A stretch of DNA of 63,564 nucleotides, filler included, from Kipferlia bialata (GCA_003568945.1; 4 parts of 4 records of this genome joined end to end with filler, not necessarily neighbours in it); one strand, 5' to 3'; counted from the first letter of the whole stretch, positions 38,601 to 52,632 are shown. The notes: generated from the sequence alone by a model not told the origin. Program-made: numbers and translations.

Positions 38601-41600
38601 AAAATATGCCAAGTACTAAACAAGAAGCCGCACATGATGAGTGACCCCGTGTGCATCGCCCACAGCATAGTGCTCTCAATGGCCCTGGCCCTGACAGGTG
38701 AGTGGTGTATGCATATAAGAAGTGATACACATATGATGCGTATTTGAATACACACCTAGCAGTGATTGACGCTGCATACGTGGACCCGACATCTCTCTGC
38801 ACAAAGACGGCTATGCTCCTCAGGGTCTCAAAGAAGAGAGGGGGCAGGGGGAAACCAGCGTCGCCAGCAGGACACTTACTCCTGTCAACCATCCTAAGGG
38901 GTGGGTGGGTGGACATACTATATACGTATACTGTCTGGTGATGGGATATATATATGTGTGTGGGTGTCACTTACATGTCTGGTGAGACCTCACTGGTCCA
39001 TGAGTTCATGGCCCTCTCACAGGCATCAAGCCTCGTCTCAACCTGGGATGTCAGCAACACATCGTGTAGAAACAGCACATGATTACATCCAATACCTGTG
39101 CCTCCTCGTCTGCTGTATCCACCATGTCCTGTATCACTGTCAGCTGGTCTAGACCTCCTGCCAGCACTAGGTCACTGGGGGACACCTGGCCAAGCCTGAG
39201 GGGGTGAGTAACAAGAGAGATACACATCGTGTAGGTATCACTACCTGAGCAGCGGGAGCCCTGTTCTGCTCTCCAGCACATCCAAGTGCCTTGTGTGGAG
39301 GGAGGGGGAGCATAGCAGTGAGACCAGCTCTACGATAGGACGCAGCTCCATCTGAGTGTTAGAGATAAATGGTATGGCTAGCAATGAGAGGTATATACAT
39401 ATATATATATATGTGTACATGCACCCACCTGCTTCCTATGTACAGCATGGCAGAAGGTGAGGTTGGGGGGTATACCCCTGGCCTGGCTGGGTTGAGCAGG
39501 GGTGATATCCACCTGGGCCTTCATGGCCTTGACACACCTGGGAATTAGGAAGGGATACACAAATACATATATATATGCCAATTTTGTATATATAGTATTC
39601 CCTCCCCATACCTGTCCATTCTGTCGAGTAGGTCTGACACCCCTGTTGCATCCTGTTCTGTGACAGGCACAGAGGCCAACAGCAGCTCAACGTCACAGGC
39701 CTCTCTCAACAGAGTCATGCTACTGAGGGTAAGGCAAGGGCAGAACAAAACCTATAGAATGCAATATCCTAGTGTGGTATCTATGAGTACCGTAATACGA
39801 CATACCTGTGTATCTGCTGGGGGTCCCCAGGTATACTGGAGAGATCAGATGTCACAGTGACCCCCCTCATCTCCAGAGACTCAGCCCAGGAGTGTATCAG
39901 AGACACGCCGCATCTGGTGGCGGATATCAGCTGGATCAGCTCCCTCAGTGCCTCCTCAGGAGACACACAGCTGGGGGTCAGTATACAGGTGATATGGAGT
40001 ATTAAGATATATGATATGTCACACTAGGGTGGTAGGGGTAGGGTATATACTAATCTGATACCTCTTCTCCTCTGGTCTGGCATAGGGTGCAAAGCGAGGC
40101 AGGCACTCTGTCTTGGGGTGGTGGGTGTCAGTGCACTGCCCGCATTGATAGGCACGGGGGGAGAGGACAGTATCACCCTCGTGGGGTACCATATCCATGG
40201 CCTTGGGTGAGGATATCAGTATAGAGAGAGAGAAAAACCAAATATTATATTAGTGTACCTTTGTGAATGCCTCACTGAATGCAGCAGCGGCAGGGTTAGT
40301 GCTACTGGTGACATCACAGGGACTGACCCTGGGCACAATGGGGAGACCCGTGTAGGACTGAAGCGTTAGTGTAAGTCTCAGACCATTAGGTGGTACGAAT
40401 CAGTATAAGGATTTGGTATTATCAATGCATAATAGTACCTCAAATGCCACTAGGAGACCAGCTGAGCTCATCAGAGTGCCTGCCAGAGCATCGGTGTCAG
40501 CCATGCCTGAGGTGAATGGTGAGGTATATATGCATACATACAACCAATGAACTATCAAACAACACTCCAACCAGTACCACAGTCAGAAAATAGATGTACC
40601 TATCATACTCTGTGTTCTGGCGCACAGAGAGCTGAATGCCCTCTCTGGTGGAAATGTCATGTCAGTGAAGAGGAAGGCAAGGTCCTTGTGTTCCTTGGAC
40701 CCCCTCCTGGGTCTAGACCCGTCCCTGGGGAAGAGTGTGTCCATGGATCCGTGAGATAGGTGGGTCACTCCCTTGCACCGGTCCAGGACCTCCCTATGGT
40801 GAGTGCACAAGAGAGGTATAGGGATAGAGTAGGGGTAGTGATAGTACTATAGTATATACACACACCCACCTTGCCAGGGTACTTGTCCACTCTGACAGAC
40901 ACTTCAACTGGTGACACATGGAGTTGTGGGCGGAGAGGCGGGAGGCCTCAGTTGCCTGGAGAGTCAGAGAGAATACCCATATGCACAGTACAGATTCCTG
41001 GATCACATGCCAGAACCCACATACAGAGTGTACATGAACCTTGGGACAAAGAGAGACGTATAGACAGACTACTAGAATAATTGGTATGTCCCTACCTGGA
41101 GGGTGTCCATGAGGCCTGTGACAAAGTGTGATATCCTTGCCATGTCACAGTGGGTGTCACAGGGTATGGGGCAGCCTGCAGAGAGGAGGGTGTCGCAGTA
41201 CCCGTCCAGCAGTGCTAGGCACTCCTCCCACTGGGGCACTGCATCCACGGCACTTGATAGCAGGGACTGGAGCTTGGTACTGGCACTAGGAGAGAATACC
41301 CCTACAGAGATGGTCTGGCATTAATAATCCGTTACATACTTGTAGAACACTATATACCAATATGAATACCTCCATCATCCGCCTTGCCCCTCTGAGCACA
41401 CACCCCACTGCCCCAGAGAGTATGTCCACATGCACCCGCTGAGACTTGGCCCGGTATCCGTCTAAAACAGATTGCAAAGAGACCTGAGGTCAGAGACGTA
41501 AATGCAGGTAATATCTGATACAGAAGACACCCCCTCACCTTAATCTCGGCTAAGTGTGTGACAGCCCCCCCGTAGTATGCACTCTGGGGCAGGCCCTGTA

Positions 41601-42976
41601 TGAATCCCTGGTACTCCTCTATCAGCTCCTGCTCAGTGGAGAAGAGACCCACATGGAGAGCACACTCCACCGCTGTGGGTGGGTACACACACATCTCAGG
41701 CAGCATGTCACACTCACTGTCACAGGCAAAGACTGACAGGATCTCGTCGTATGAGGAGAACCCAGCGATGTCCTCTAGGGTCTCTGTGTCTAGGCATACA
41801 CTCTGGTTGAGTCGGGTCTCTAGGGTGCGGGTTATTGCCTCCCTCACCTCGAACCCATGCCCAAATAGGTCTCGGTAGGCGTCGCCTGGGGGTCAGAGAG
41901 GGCTTCAGAATACCAACTCGAGGTAGTATAGTAGTTGATTGATACAGACATACCGATACAGACATTCTGATTCACCCACCTAGAGCCTCCTCCGGCCTCT
42001 CTAAGCATACAGTAACAGGAGGTGTATAAGTGGTGCGGTGCAGCATTGGATGTAAAGTGCCTGTCCACGTGTGGAAGAGGGTGATCAAGCCCCTCATACC
42101 GTCCTGTTTGATAGTACCCCACTCCTCAGGGGTGAATGACCCATCGACTGTCCACACCCCCTCTGCATCCACTGACGCAGACACAGGCAGCTCATACACA
42201 GGGTACAGGGGGTAGGGGTGGATATCCACAGATAGGGGGGTGGTGCGGGTAGCCAGGGTGACCACCTTGGAGGCGTGGTTACCCTGGGGGTCAGTTAAGT
42301 CATGAGGTATGTCTAGGAGCACTGCGGCAAGAGAGGCCCAGTCAATATATATATGGTATACATATTTACAATATTATATATATACCTGGAGGTACCCCCA
42401 TACATCCAGACTGACATCTGTGCTGGAGTGGTCACTGAGGGTGGGCACATCATCACTCTCCACCTCTCCCAGGGTGAGGCATGGAGGTGTGAGGTAGTGC
42501 CTGACGTTCATCTGTTCCAGTGCTGTCTGCCAGGGTGTGAGGAAGAGACGCCCAGTGGTCTCTGGGGGGTGAGGGAGGGGACATAGGCAACATGTGGTAT
42601 CCAAATACACTATGCTGGTAATATATATAGTATCTACCTAGGCATGCCGCAGCCATTGTATCCAGCATGGTCAGCAGTCTAGTGGCCCTGACCGTCACAT
42701 CAGCCACCACGTGCATACGCACATCGGCCCTATCAACGTGGATGCCCTGCCATTAGTCAGAGTATATATGCACATATTACCGACTATGAGAGAGAGTATA
42801 TGAACACAGAGTATGGCCGCACATCAGACACACCTCTATCCTCCCTAGCACTCTCTTCCGCTCCCCCCCCGTGAGCATCTCCCTCATCTGCCTCCTCTCG
42901 GCATGGGACACAACATCATCCACGCGGGTGTCAATCTCCTGAGGGTAAGGTCAACATATATATACTGTATATACAT

Positions 42977-43025
<49 letters not shown>

Positions 43026-46000
43026 TATATCCACTTGAATCCACACATCATCCACGCGGGTGTCAATCTCCTGAGGGTAAGTATTATACACAATGCATAT
43101 ACCCATGCATATATCCATCCACACGCGTGTCAATCTCCTTGCGGTGATGTCAACACTGTTACATAGAGCACATTTGTATATACATGTATTATACTCCAAT
43201 ATACCTCCGAGAGACTGGCTGAGAAGCACTGGCTGATGCCTGTCCTCACCACGTCCTCTAGCAGAGACCGTATACACTCTGCGAACCCTCTGTTGGTGGC
43301 ACATGACTCCAGCATGTTACGCTCTGTCAGGGCAGGGGGGATGTCGGGGAGGTCGAGGAGAGACCCACAGGAGAGCTCGTGTCTGGAGGTAAGTTCAGTA
43401 TATATATAGCTATAGCGCTAGACCTTAACACATGATGCTAACTAGTGTACGAATCCTTCCCCTGATTCTGCCTAACAGAGAACGCGATATACACATATGA
43501 GAGTACGACTAGATAAACACTACCCCGAGCCTGACCATCGCAAACATTAGAAGAAGAATACAACTGAATGAATATGTGTATATATGCATGTATGCATACC
43601 TGACCATCACAAACATGGCCTTGAGGGCATCGGGGTTCATGATGGCACTCTGGGGGTGAGGAGGAGGCAGCGAGTACTATAGGGGTCAATATGACAGCGC
43701 ACCAACCATCCAACAGCACCAGGATGCATGGTAACACAAAGTATGGTATACTAAGACTGAACCTGAGGTGTGACAGCCAGCATCACCCTGCTGACATCGT
43801 GTAGGGTACCCATGAACTCAAGTATCCTGGGGCCAAAGTCACGGTCTAGAATCTGAGGGGGTGAGCAATCACGATAGAAAAGATGATTGAGAACAGGGTA
43901 TATGTATGTACGTATATCACTCACCAGGAGGTTATCGTTGAGCCACTTGGCCCTCCTCACAAACTCCTTATGGCCTATGCGGGTATCCCTGGCGTCCTGG
44001 GGTGAGGGACAGTACACCCTTAATATATATACACAACACCAGAGATAGAGAGGAACATATATATCCATCCTAGATGACAGCCGACTATATACTGTAAAAG
44101 TCACCATCTGGTGTCTGGTTCATGGGAATCTAGCATATTACCCACCCTAGCACTGTCTGACACACTGGACTGGGGGGCAGAGTGGACGGCGAGGAGGGAG
44201 GTCTGGGGGGTCAGAATGAATACATGATTGAGATACAAAAAACCCAATACACCTTACAGACAGTACATACCTTAATCTCTGTAACAACCTCCTCAGGCAG
44301 TATATCCGCCAGGTCAGAGAGACTCTCTCCCTCTCCCTCTACGTAGTCTACAGAGTCACTATTCACAGCGGGTCCAGACAACAGCCCAGCCAGACCCGCC
44401 ACCCTACCCAGCACCTCTCTCTCCCTCTCCCGGCGAGCCATGGATGCTCTGTCCACTGCTCTCTCTCCATCCCCCTCCTCTGTCTCTGTGTATGCATAGT
44501 ATGATGTCATGTCCTGACTGTCTGCCAGACTGAGTATGTCCATGGAACTGTTGAGGTGATAGGCACTGTGGGAGAGCTTGTCCCGGAGGGTGCACTCTCT
44601 CTCTCTCTCTTCCTCTTGTCCTCCCACAGTGCCTATCCTGCTCACACAGGCAGCGGCATCGAGCTGGAGTGTCAGAGTGGGATATACTTAATATATATAC
44701 ACATAGAGGGAATGCGCCACACCCTCACTTGGAACAATACTAGATTACAGGAACACAGTTGTTCAGATCCCCCTACCTGCAGCACCGTCTCGAGTCCTAT
44801 TGCCCCCCCTGAGCCATGCACTCTAGAGGGTGCAGGCACATAGCACGAGGAGTGCAGCCTGAAGGTGTCCTGGGGGGTTAGACAGGAGAGGACATAAGAG
44901 ACACAGTATATGAGTATGGGTAGATATATGTAAATGAAGCATGAGGAGTGTAGCGTGAAGGTGTCTTGGGATAAGTCTAGAGAGATAGAGGGAGGACAGA
45001 TAGAGTAGAGCCCTCACCCCCTGTGCCTCTACAGCGACTGTGCTTGTGTGGCAGTCCCTGCTAAGTAGTCTGCACCGGACCCACTCGTCAGTCACACCTG
45101 GGTTAGTATAAAAAAGAAATATACATACAACCATAGATAGAGAGAGAGAGGGACAGAGGTAGGCTGAAAACTCGTCAGTCACACCTGAAAGGAGAGGTGG
45201 GAGATATATGTCAAATGTGTGTAAGTATATTATGTTGGCTCAAGACCATTTTGGGCATATATGTATTATTATTATACATATATATACATAGAAAAGATCT
45301 TACAACACCCCCACCTGCGTCGAGTGTACAGTACCCTGTCATCCCGTCCCCCTCCTCTCTCTCCTCCCCTATCGCATCATAGTCCTCATTGTCATCAAGG
45401 TGGGGCAGATTGCGCTCCACAAACTCCTGGCAGTGAGGTAACACATGGGTAAGAGAGAACTGTCACTCATGACCATTCATGACTTATCCATATATGAAAT
45501 GATGCACCCCGTGGATCTACCCCCTGCGATACCCAAACACACCCACAAATACAAATATATGTATAAATAGCATACACACCTGCAGAGAGATTGCCCCGCC
45601 AAAGGGACAGGACAGGTGCTCTGCAAAGGAAGGGGACTGGGGATGAGGGAGGTGGAGGGTAGAGACATGTGGGGAGGGTGATCAGAGAGTACACAGTCGA
45701 CACATACCCTGCGGCTGCACACACTGAACAACAGAAGCGCAAATACATAGATACCCAAGTATATATATATGTGGACATAATATAGTATATACATACCCTG
45801 CGACTGCACACAATGAGCTGTGATGATGGGCTGAAGAGTGGACTGGGTCTGTCTCTCCAGCCAGAGGGAGAGAGAGAGGCAGAGGGGGACTTGGACTGAG
45901 TGGCACTGCGGTGGTAGGCGTGGGGGGAGGCGGAGTGGGATATAGGAGGTATCACCCTATCAACCACATCATCCAGGGATGACTGGCTGGAGGGGTCTGT

Positions 46001-47314
46001 GCCTATGCTGTCTAGGGGTCTGATATGATGCCTAGTGGAGGGGGACTCACTAATGCTGCCATAGGAACTCCCTTCAATGGGGTCCAGTCTCTCCCTCTCT
46101 CTCTCTCTCTCTCTCTCCCTCTCCCTCTCCCTCTGGTCCAGTGGTATCAGATGTGCCAACTGCTCTGGTTGTTCATGGGTGTGGTGGCCCTTCCCTATAC
46201 CGTCCATCTTGGCTAGGAACTTGGGCACACGCAGCCTGAGGTTAGTATGTGTATATACAGAGAGACAGAGAGAGAGAGATACATACATATACACAGGTAG
46301 AGTGAGAGAACATAATATTATCATGGAACTTGGGCACGCGCTGCCTGGGGTTGGAAGACATATAGAGAGACAGAGGCATATATAAGCACACATAAAGAGA
46401 GAGAGAGAACATAAACATAAGCATATAAAGGTACTTCCGCACACGTAGCCTGCGGATAGTATTCAGATGGATAGATATCCACAGCTTACATGTATATACA
46501 CGTATAAATGTAATATACCGTGTGGAGGAATAGTGTGTGATGTTATACCTGACTGTGGGACTGCTGCCAAAGATATATATATAGAGAGACAGAGAGACAG
46601 AGACATCAGAGGGTATGTATAAACAGCATACATGCCATACCTGACTGTGGGACTGCTGCCAAAGATATACAGAGACAGAGACAGAGAGATAGAGACATCA
46701 GAGGTTATGTCTAAGCATACATGCCATACCTGACTGTGGGACTGCTACCAAAGGAGTGAGAGGTGGTGGACCTAATACCCTCTCTCACTCTCTCCTTGTG
46801 CTTTGCGAAGTGTGACCCTAGTACAGATTGGCTCCTGTTCCTTGGTCTCTCCCTCTCTCTCTCCCTCTCTCTGTCACCTCTCTCCCCTCTGTCTGCCAGT
46901 ATGGCTAGGGGAGAGGGGGTGGTCATAGAAGGAAGGGTGGAGTGCTGGGGTTAGTTGCATACAGTGTGTATATATATACATTGAGAGAGAGAGAGAGAGG
47001 GATGGATGGGCCATGGCTGGACTGGTGGAGGTCTGGGACTAGCAAGCATATATACATATAGGCAAGTATATATACATATATATATGTGGGTGTGAGAGGA
47101 TTACTCATTCATGTATATATATTCACCCCCCCCCCCCTTACTCATGCTCATACTCATTGACAGAGGTGACACCTCTGGCACCTTGTATACATAGTATGTA
47201 TATTAATATATATGTATACATATCTATACATATACAATTGGATGATACCTTAGTCATGCCCATTGACAGAGGTGACACCTCTGGCACCTTTGGTGCTCTG
47301 TCGCCTAGTATCTC
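25014..47314 (-). CDS. Highly divergent dynein heavy chain-like protein (DNAH1-like tail, degenerate AAA ring, no evident stalk), 5'-partial
   Basis: Collinear series of degenerate dynein landmarks. Tail: LPHLDDNEDYD, IQGLPQSAYYGG..EIKVSL. Linker: RRLSRQRLLDVLLDTD..LQNII, SMCVPGEMYVSLPHPV, EWCDRALAF. AAA1: TGSSIWFHKLCRLFG..D..M..EGTFVLL. AAA2: HPSEYQTPTEMGGTSEW, TMRCHLGMV. AAA3: TVGKS, VCLEDD. AAA5 start: WLYAGALPCVD..PFYDTEH. AAA6: LLQLGALCCLNP, HQPMRLIVL, DKIPQSLW, DVGVSLCIRQ..FLNHY. C-terminus: YASIPV..VTL..EYWTSAGAFFDIL-stop (25014). An in-frame splice across 43650-43762 joins the 43763-47314 exons to the rest. Confidence 0.75.
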
Positions 47315-47549
47315 CTGAGGGGTGAGGGGAGGGACGAAGAGAGTGTGTGTAAGAGAGAGAGAGAGAGAGACGTTGGCCAATATCTCCTGGGGGTGAGGGA
47401 GAGGGAGAGTGGATGCCGACGATGTCTTCTTCGACAGTGGCGAGGGGGGGGGGGGGGGGAGAGGTAAACTATATCGTCCTATACACACACCCCAATGTTG
47501 GGTTGGGGGGGGGGGGGGGGGGGGGGGTTGGGGGGGGGGGGGGGAAGAA

Positions 47550-47649
47550 NNNNNNNNNNNNNNNNNNNNNNNNNNNNNNNNNNNNNNNNNNNNTTAATTA
47601 ATTAANNNNNNNNNNNNNNNNNNNNNNNNNNNNNNNNNNNNNNNNNNNN
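47550..47649. other. Artificial contig spacer
   Basis: N-TTAATTAATTAA-N. Confidence 0.97.
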
Positions 47650-47696
47650 TTGCCTTTTTTTTCTTTTCCTCCCCCCCCCCCCCCCCCACCCTTCAG

Positions 47697-49634
47697 AGAG
47701 TGCCAAGCTGAACAGCCTGCGCACACATGCTGCCCAGAAGCAGGAGGCACGGCTGGTGGACATCGAGACGAGGGTGTCCAACACGTCCACTGCCCTCCAC
47801 ACCCTGACTAGTGATGTCCTACCCAGGGTGGAGAAGGTGGAGAGAGACACCGAGGCAGTCAGTGTCAGCCAGACACAGGCCGTGGCCCAGGTGGGGAGGG
47901 GTGCTATCGTGTAGTGTAGTATCTGGGTGTCCACACACTGCCCTCTCACTCTCTCCCTGTGTCTCACCGAAAGGTCACCTCCCTGCAAGGGACTGTGGGT
48001 GATGCCCAGGCCAGGGTGGAGACGATGCTTGCTAGAACAAAGGTACGGTGGTGGGTATGTGGGTTACCCCCTTTGCCCCATCTCTACTTCCCATATATAT
48101 GTGTTTATGTATTTTTATCCCTCTCCCCCCAGGTGCTGCAGGAGGTGACGTCCAAGAGAGACAAGGAGATGCAGAGCTTCCAGACCGAGGTGTCTGACAG
48201 CATAGCGGAGATGCAGAAGAGAACACACACCACAGGTGCCAGTTCCTACCAGTGATACGTCGAGTTGTCTAGATACATGTGTGTGTGTCTGTATGTGTAT
48301 GTGCCCCCCCCCCCCTGACCCCAGAGGCTGGTATGTCTGGCGTGCAGGGCACCATCAACTCACTTGAGAGGTGGATAGAGGGCACGGCAGACAGAGTGAC
48401 AGTCAATGCCGACGATATCGCCAAGGGGGAGAGGGTGGCAGAGAGGCAGGGCAAGCATGCAGCCAGGTGTGGACATGTATATATGTGTATTGGATATGGA
48501 GAGGAGTGTTCACATTGAAAGTGTAGAAATATTGCCCTCTAACCTCCCAGGCTAGAGAATGACCTCAATACCCTGGTTGTCACTATTGAGGGAGCCTTAG
48601 AGGGTATCAAGGTAGGGACATGGAGTGATTGTTGTCATATATAGATGTGTATGTCCAGTAATTCGTAATTGTTCACTCTATACCCTACCCTCACCTCAGG
48701 ACGAGACCCTGGATGTTGTGTATGGGGTGGAGAAGGCTCTGACAAAGCGGATAGAGCGTAGTCAGAACCCAATCACGGAGTCGAGGGTAGAGGTACGCAG
48801 TGCCAGCATCTATACAAGTATCACTCATAGCACTCACACATATTTAGTGTACACCTGTCTCCCCTCTGACCCCCAGCTGATTGAGGCCTCAGTTGCCTCT
48901 GCCCGTGACTCATTGGCTAGGGGCATGGCCCAGGTGGCACAGGTGGAGGGCAGGGTGAAGGTAGGGGGGGGGGGTGTATATTGGTGGGGTATATACACGG
49001 GGAGATGGTGGGGATTGATATATGCGTGGCCCAATACTCACACCCAGATACTCGAGACCGCGCCTGCCCCCCTCCCCTCCCAGACCCTACCCCCCCTCTC
49101 CCAGTCCAAGGGGAAGGGCAAGGCCCCCCAACCTAGTGCCCAGGGGCCAAATGAGCCTGCTACCATAATACCACTTTCTACTCCAACCAGGTTAGGGTCA
49201 CGCTTTGCAGAGTGTTGTACTAAGTATGATAGAGAGAGAATAGTCTAGCGAAGTTTGAGTTCTTTCCTTCGACTAGATTTCTTCGTTCCCTTGTCTCCAA
49301 CCCCCAGACCACCCCCCAAGGTGATCACCCCATCCGTTCCCACCTCCGTTAGCTCCCCCCGTCGCAATGTCGTTCCCAAGCCCCCTGCCCTCCCAGTGTT
49401 CAGCCCAGGGGCCCTAGGGCAGGTGGGTGGGACAGTATATATTTGCATAAGCGAGGATACATGTATGACTAATCCTTGTCTCATGTGTAGGTGCGTGCCA
49501 GACAACGAGCCAGGACCCAACGGGAGAGGGAGCGAGAAATTGAGATATCGACTAGGCGACAGCAGCGGTACAGAGACAATGCGCCCCCAGCGTCTCCTAC
49601 CCACTCCTCCCATAGCAGATCTGAGGGGCGGTGA
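47697..49634 (+). CDS. Coiled-coil protein with Pro-rich C-terminus, 5'-partial
   Basis: Exons SAKLNSLRTHAAQKQEARLVDIETRV.., VLQEVTSKRDKEMQSFQ.., LENDLNTLVVTIEGALEGIK, DETLDVVYGVEKALTKRIE.. show heptad character. Last exon VRARQRARTQ..SEGR ends in TGA 49632-49634. Confidence 0.65.
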
Positions 49635-49768
49635 GTGTAAATAGACACTGTGTACACATACAATCCCCACAGACTGTCACGGACTGCTGGGAGTATTTAC
49701 TACACTTCTAACACACTATATACGACACAAAGACACACTATCCACATCTGGGTATGCATGCATGTGGA

Positions 49769-52560
49769 TCAGACGGACGGCTCCTCCTCTGGGACTGCCT
49801 GGACAGGCATGGCCTCCTCGACATCCTCACACACACAGAGGGCGGTGATAGGACGCAGACACGTGACATGGGCAGCAAACCTAGGGGTTGGGTGGGGATA
49901 GAGTGAGTGTGGGATGTGGATATACTATACTAGTAGACATGCCACGCACTTGTGGGGAGGGGGTGCACCCACAGAGAAGGCTGATGCCACAGCCAGTACC
50001 CAGTCGGCAGTCAGGCAGTAGTCGATGGCTGGGGTGGGGGGGGGGGGATGAGGGGGGCATGGTGCATAGACATGATAATGCTGACACAATCATTACAGAC
50101 ACTACATACCCTCAGAGACCACTGTGAATGCAAAGAGGGTGGCCTGAGTGCTGAGGAACCATGCCAGAATGGCACTAGCACTCTCTGTGTTGCCCCACTG
50201 CATGATAGTACCGTCCATCCACCTAGGGTCAGAGGGGGGGGTCTAGGCATGTATATAACCATAGGGTCGTACACGTGTATGTAAATATATATACACCCCC
50301 CAATGCACCTGAGCAGCCACGCCGATGGCCCAGATATCAGCTTCTCCACACAGAACGCAGTGCAAGATATGGCACTCAGTCTCCGCCAGTACAGAGCACG
50401 CTGGGCCCTCTTGGCAGCGACATCCTGAGGGTAAGGGTAAGGGGTAGGGGGCATATAGAGTCATATGTCAGAGCCAGAGACAGCCGCACCTCTGTGACAC
50501 ACTCGTAGTGTGATATGGCCCAACGCACAGCGAAGAAGGTGAGGCCTGTGTAGAAGAAGTTCTGGCCTGGGGGTGAGTGACATGCACAGAGACAGAGCAT
50601 GCGAGAATATATATCTGTATGCACTAACATGCCTGGTGAGCTGAAGTTGCATGCGGGGTCGAGGCCTCCGTCGGGGTCCAGCATGAAGCCTATCACAGAC
50701 TGATCCACTAGGATGAAGTAAGCAATGCCCACTACTAGGTTGATCACTGCTATGACGGTGCACATACGCAGGACAGACTTGCGGCCCTGGGGTTATGGAC
50801 AAGGATGAAGCACGGTAATGGATAATGGTGGATACAGTCAGTGCCACACACACTCTGACCCCACCTTGGCGGACACCTTGACCTCGGCCTGCTTTACGGC
50901 TGCCATGAAGACACCCACCCCGGCACCCAGGAACTGGAAGGACCTTGGGTGAGGGGGGGCATGTGCCTTTATAACAATACTATAATGACACCAAACACTT
51001 GGAAGACACGCATATGCCAACACACAGACTTACATGTGGGGGAATATGGCAAAGTAGACCCCGGCCACCCCGATGTAGAATGTGTTGGACAGCCACACCC
51101 CGAGGGTGTCACAGCGGGTGGAGGGGAGCTTCTGGTACTCACGCACAGTGAGGCCTGGGCATCAGGGGAGAGTGGATAAATATCCATATATCAATAGACC
51201 TGTTCTCCTCCTAACGCCTTCTAACACCCACCACACACCCCACCGTACCTCTAGCGCCAGCCAGTGCCGATCTGACAGGGGACAGGAGGGTGGAGAAGGG
51301 GAGGGAGAGCACGACCAGGGCCAGGGTGACGTAGACGGCCTTTCTGTAGGCACTGCCCTTGGCCATGGCGGGTATGGTGCGGTGGGTGAGGAGGTACACG
51401 CCTGGCAGCACGATGGCCTGGAGCAGCATGGCCTGGGCGAAGTAGAGGAGGGGGCCTGTCTGCACCAGCACATACTGGTACCACTTCTTGTCAAAGGGCA
51501 CAACACCGTCTGCCACATAGTCGTAGAAGCCTAGGTGAGGGAGGGTCATATAGATATACATACACATGCATGCACATACCGAAGTTGACTGTGGCGTTGA
51601 TGCCATGGAGGACCAGGAACACAAGGAACATGACCAGGGCATGGACTGGGGGGTCAGAGGGGGATGGGGGGGGGGGGGATAAGGGTAATCTCAAAGAGAA
51701 CGAAATGGAAGGAGGGAGGGTTATCTAACAGTAGAGAATACACATATATACACAAACACTACCAAGGCCGCACACCTATTCCCATGGCCCATGCCTTCTT
51801 GAACTGGGAGAGAGAGGGCCTGCTGAGGAGGGGGGCCAGTCTGTGCTGCATGAGGTATCCGGCCACGACGCCAGACACTGCCGCAAACACACCACGCATG
51901 GCGGCGGCCAGGAAGAGGGGGGAGAAGAGGACGATGAAGACTATGTCTCCGATGGACTTCATGCCCAGGAAGTACTCAAAGTCAGCGGCTGGGGGTGAGG
52001 GGGGGAGAGAGGAGAGAGGGAGTGGAAGAGTCGCCGATAAAGAAGGAGACCCAAGGAGAGGAGAGAGGAGGTGATTTGATAGAGAAGAGAGAGAGAGGAA
52101 TGGAGTTGTAGCTAGAATAGAACTAGAGCCAATCCAAACACTGGGGGGGGGGGGTATTCAGCAGCAACCAGGGTACGTACTTCCTCCCACGCTGTGGAGC
52201 ACAACCATGGCCCAGATGGCAAGGCCCCTGGGGGTGAGTGGGAGATACTGACAATAACCGTATATATGGACACTGACTAACACAAAGAGACGAGTGTGCT
52301 CTGAGCACCCCTCTGACCACTATGCCCCACTACCCCACGCACACTGCCACATACACCCCCATACACCCATACCTGAGCACGTCCATGCTCACCAGCCTGG
52401 CCCTTCCATTGACTGCATCCACTGTGTCAGATGGCCATACCAGACCCTTCACAGTGGACACCCAGCCGGGGGGGGCCTTCACAGCACTGCTCTCCCGCAC
52501 CTCCACAACGGCCTCGACACCATCCACGGGGCTGGACCCTACAGAGTCCGAGTTCTCCAT
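49769..52560 (-). CDS. Multi-pass membrane acyltransferase, HGSNAT/DUF1624/acyltransferase-3-like
   Basis: Spliced N-terminal motif RLVSMDVLR|GLAIWAMVVLH fits the R-x-x-S-x-D-x-x-R-G-x-A-I-x-x-M-x-x-x-H signature. Many hydrophobic helices follow (IGDIVFIVLFSPLFLAAA, HALVMFLVFLVLHG, AVYVTLALVVLSLPF, VIAVINLVVGIAYFIL). Ends EEEPSV-stop. Confidence 0.7.
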
Positions 52561-52632
52561 ATGTACAGTCTAAAGAGAGAGGTTGGTGAGCTCTGGGATT
52601 TTCGGATTGTTGGCTTTCAACACCCTTCTGTC

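Noticed and set aside
43751..43762. Apparent stop (..TPQVQS-stop) ending a separate gene at 43751
   Set aside because: CAG|GT at 43763/43762 is a plausible donor that splices in frame to the acceptor at 43650. Otherwise the next gene would have almost no promoter space, and tail motifs continue across the junction. This still needs cDNA confirmation.
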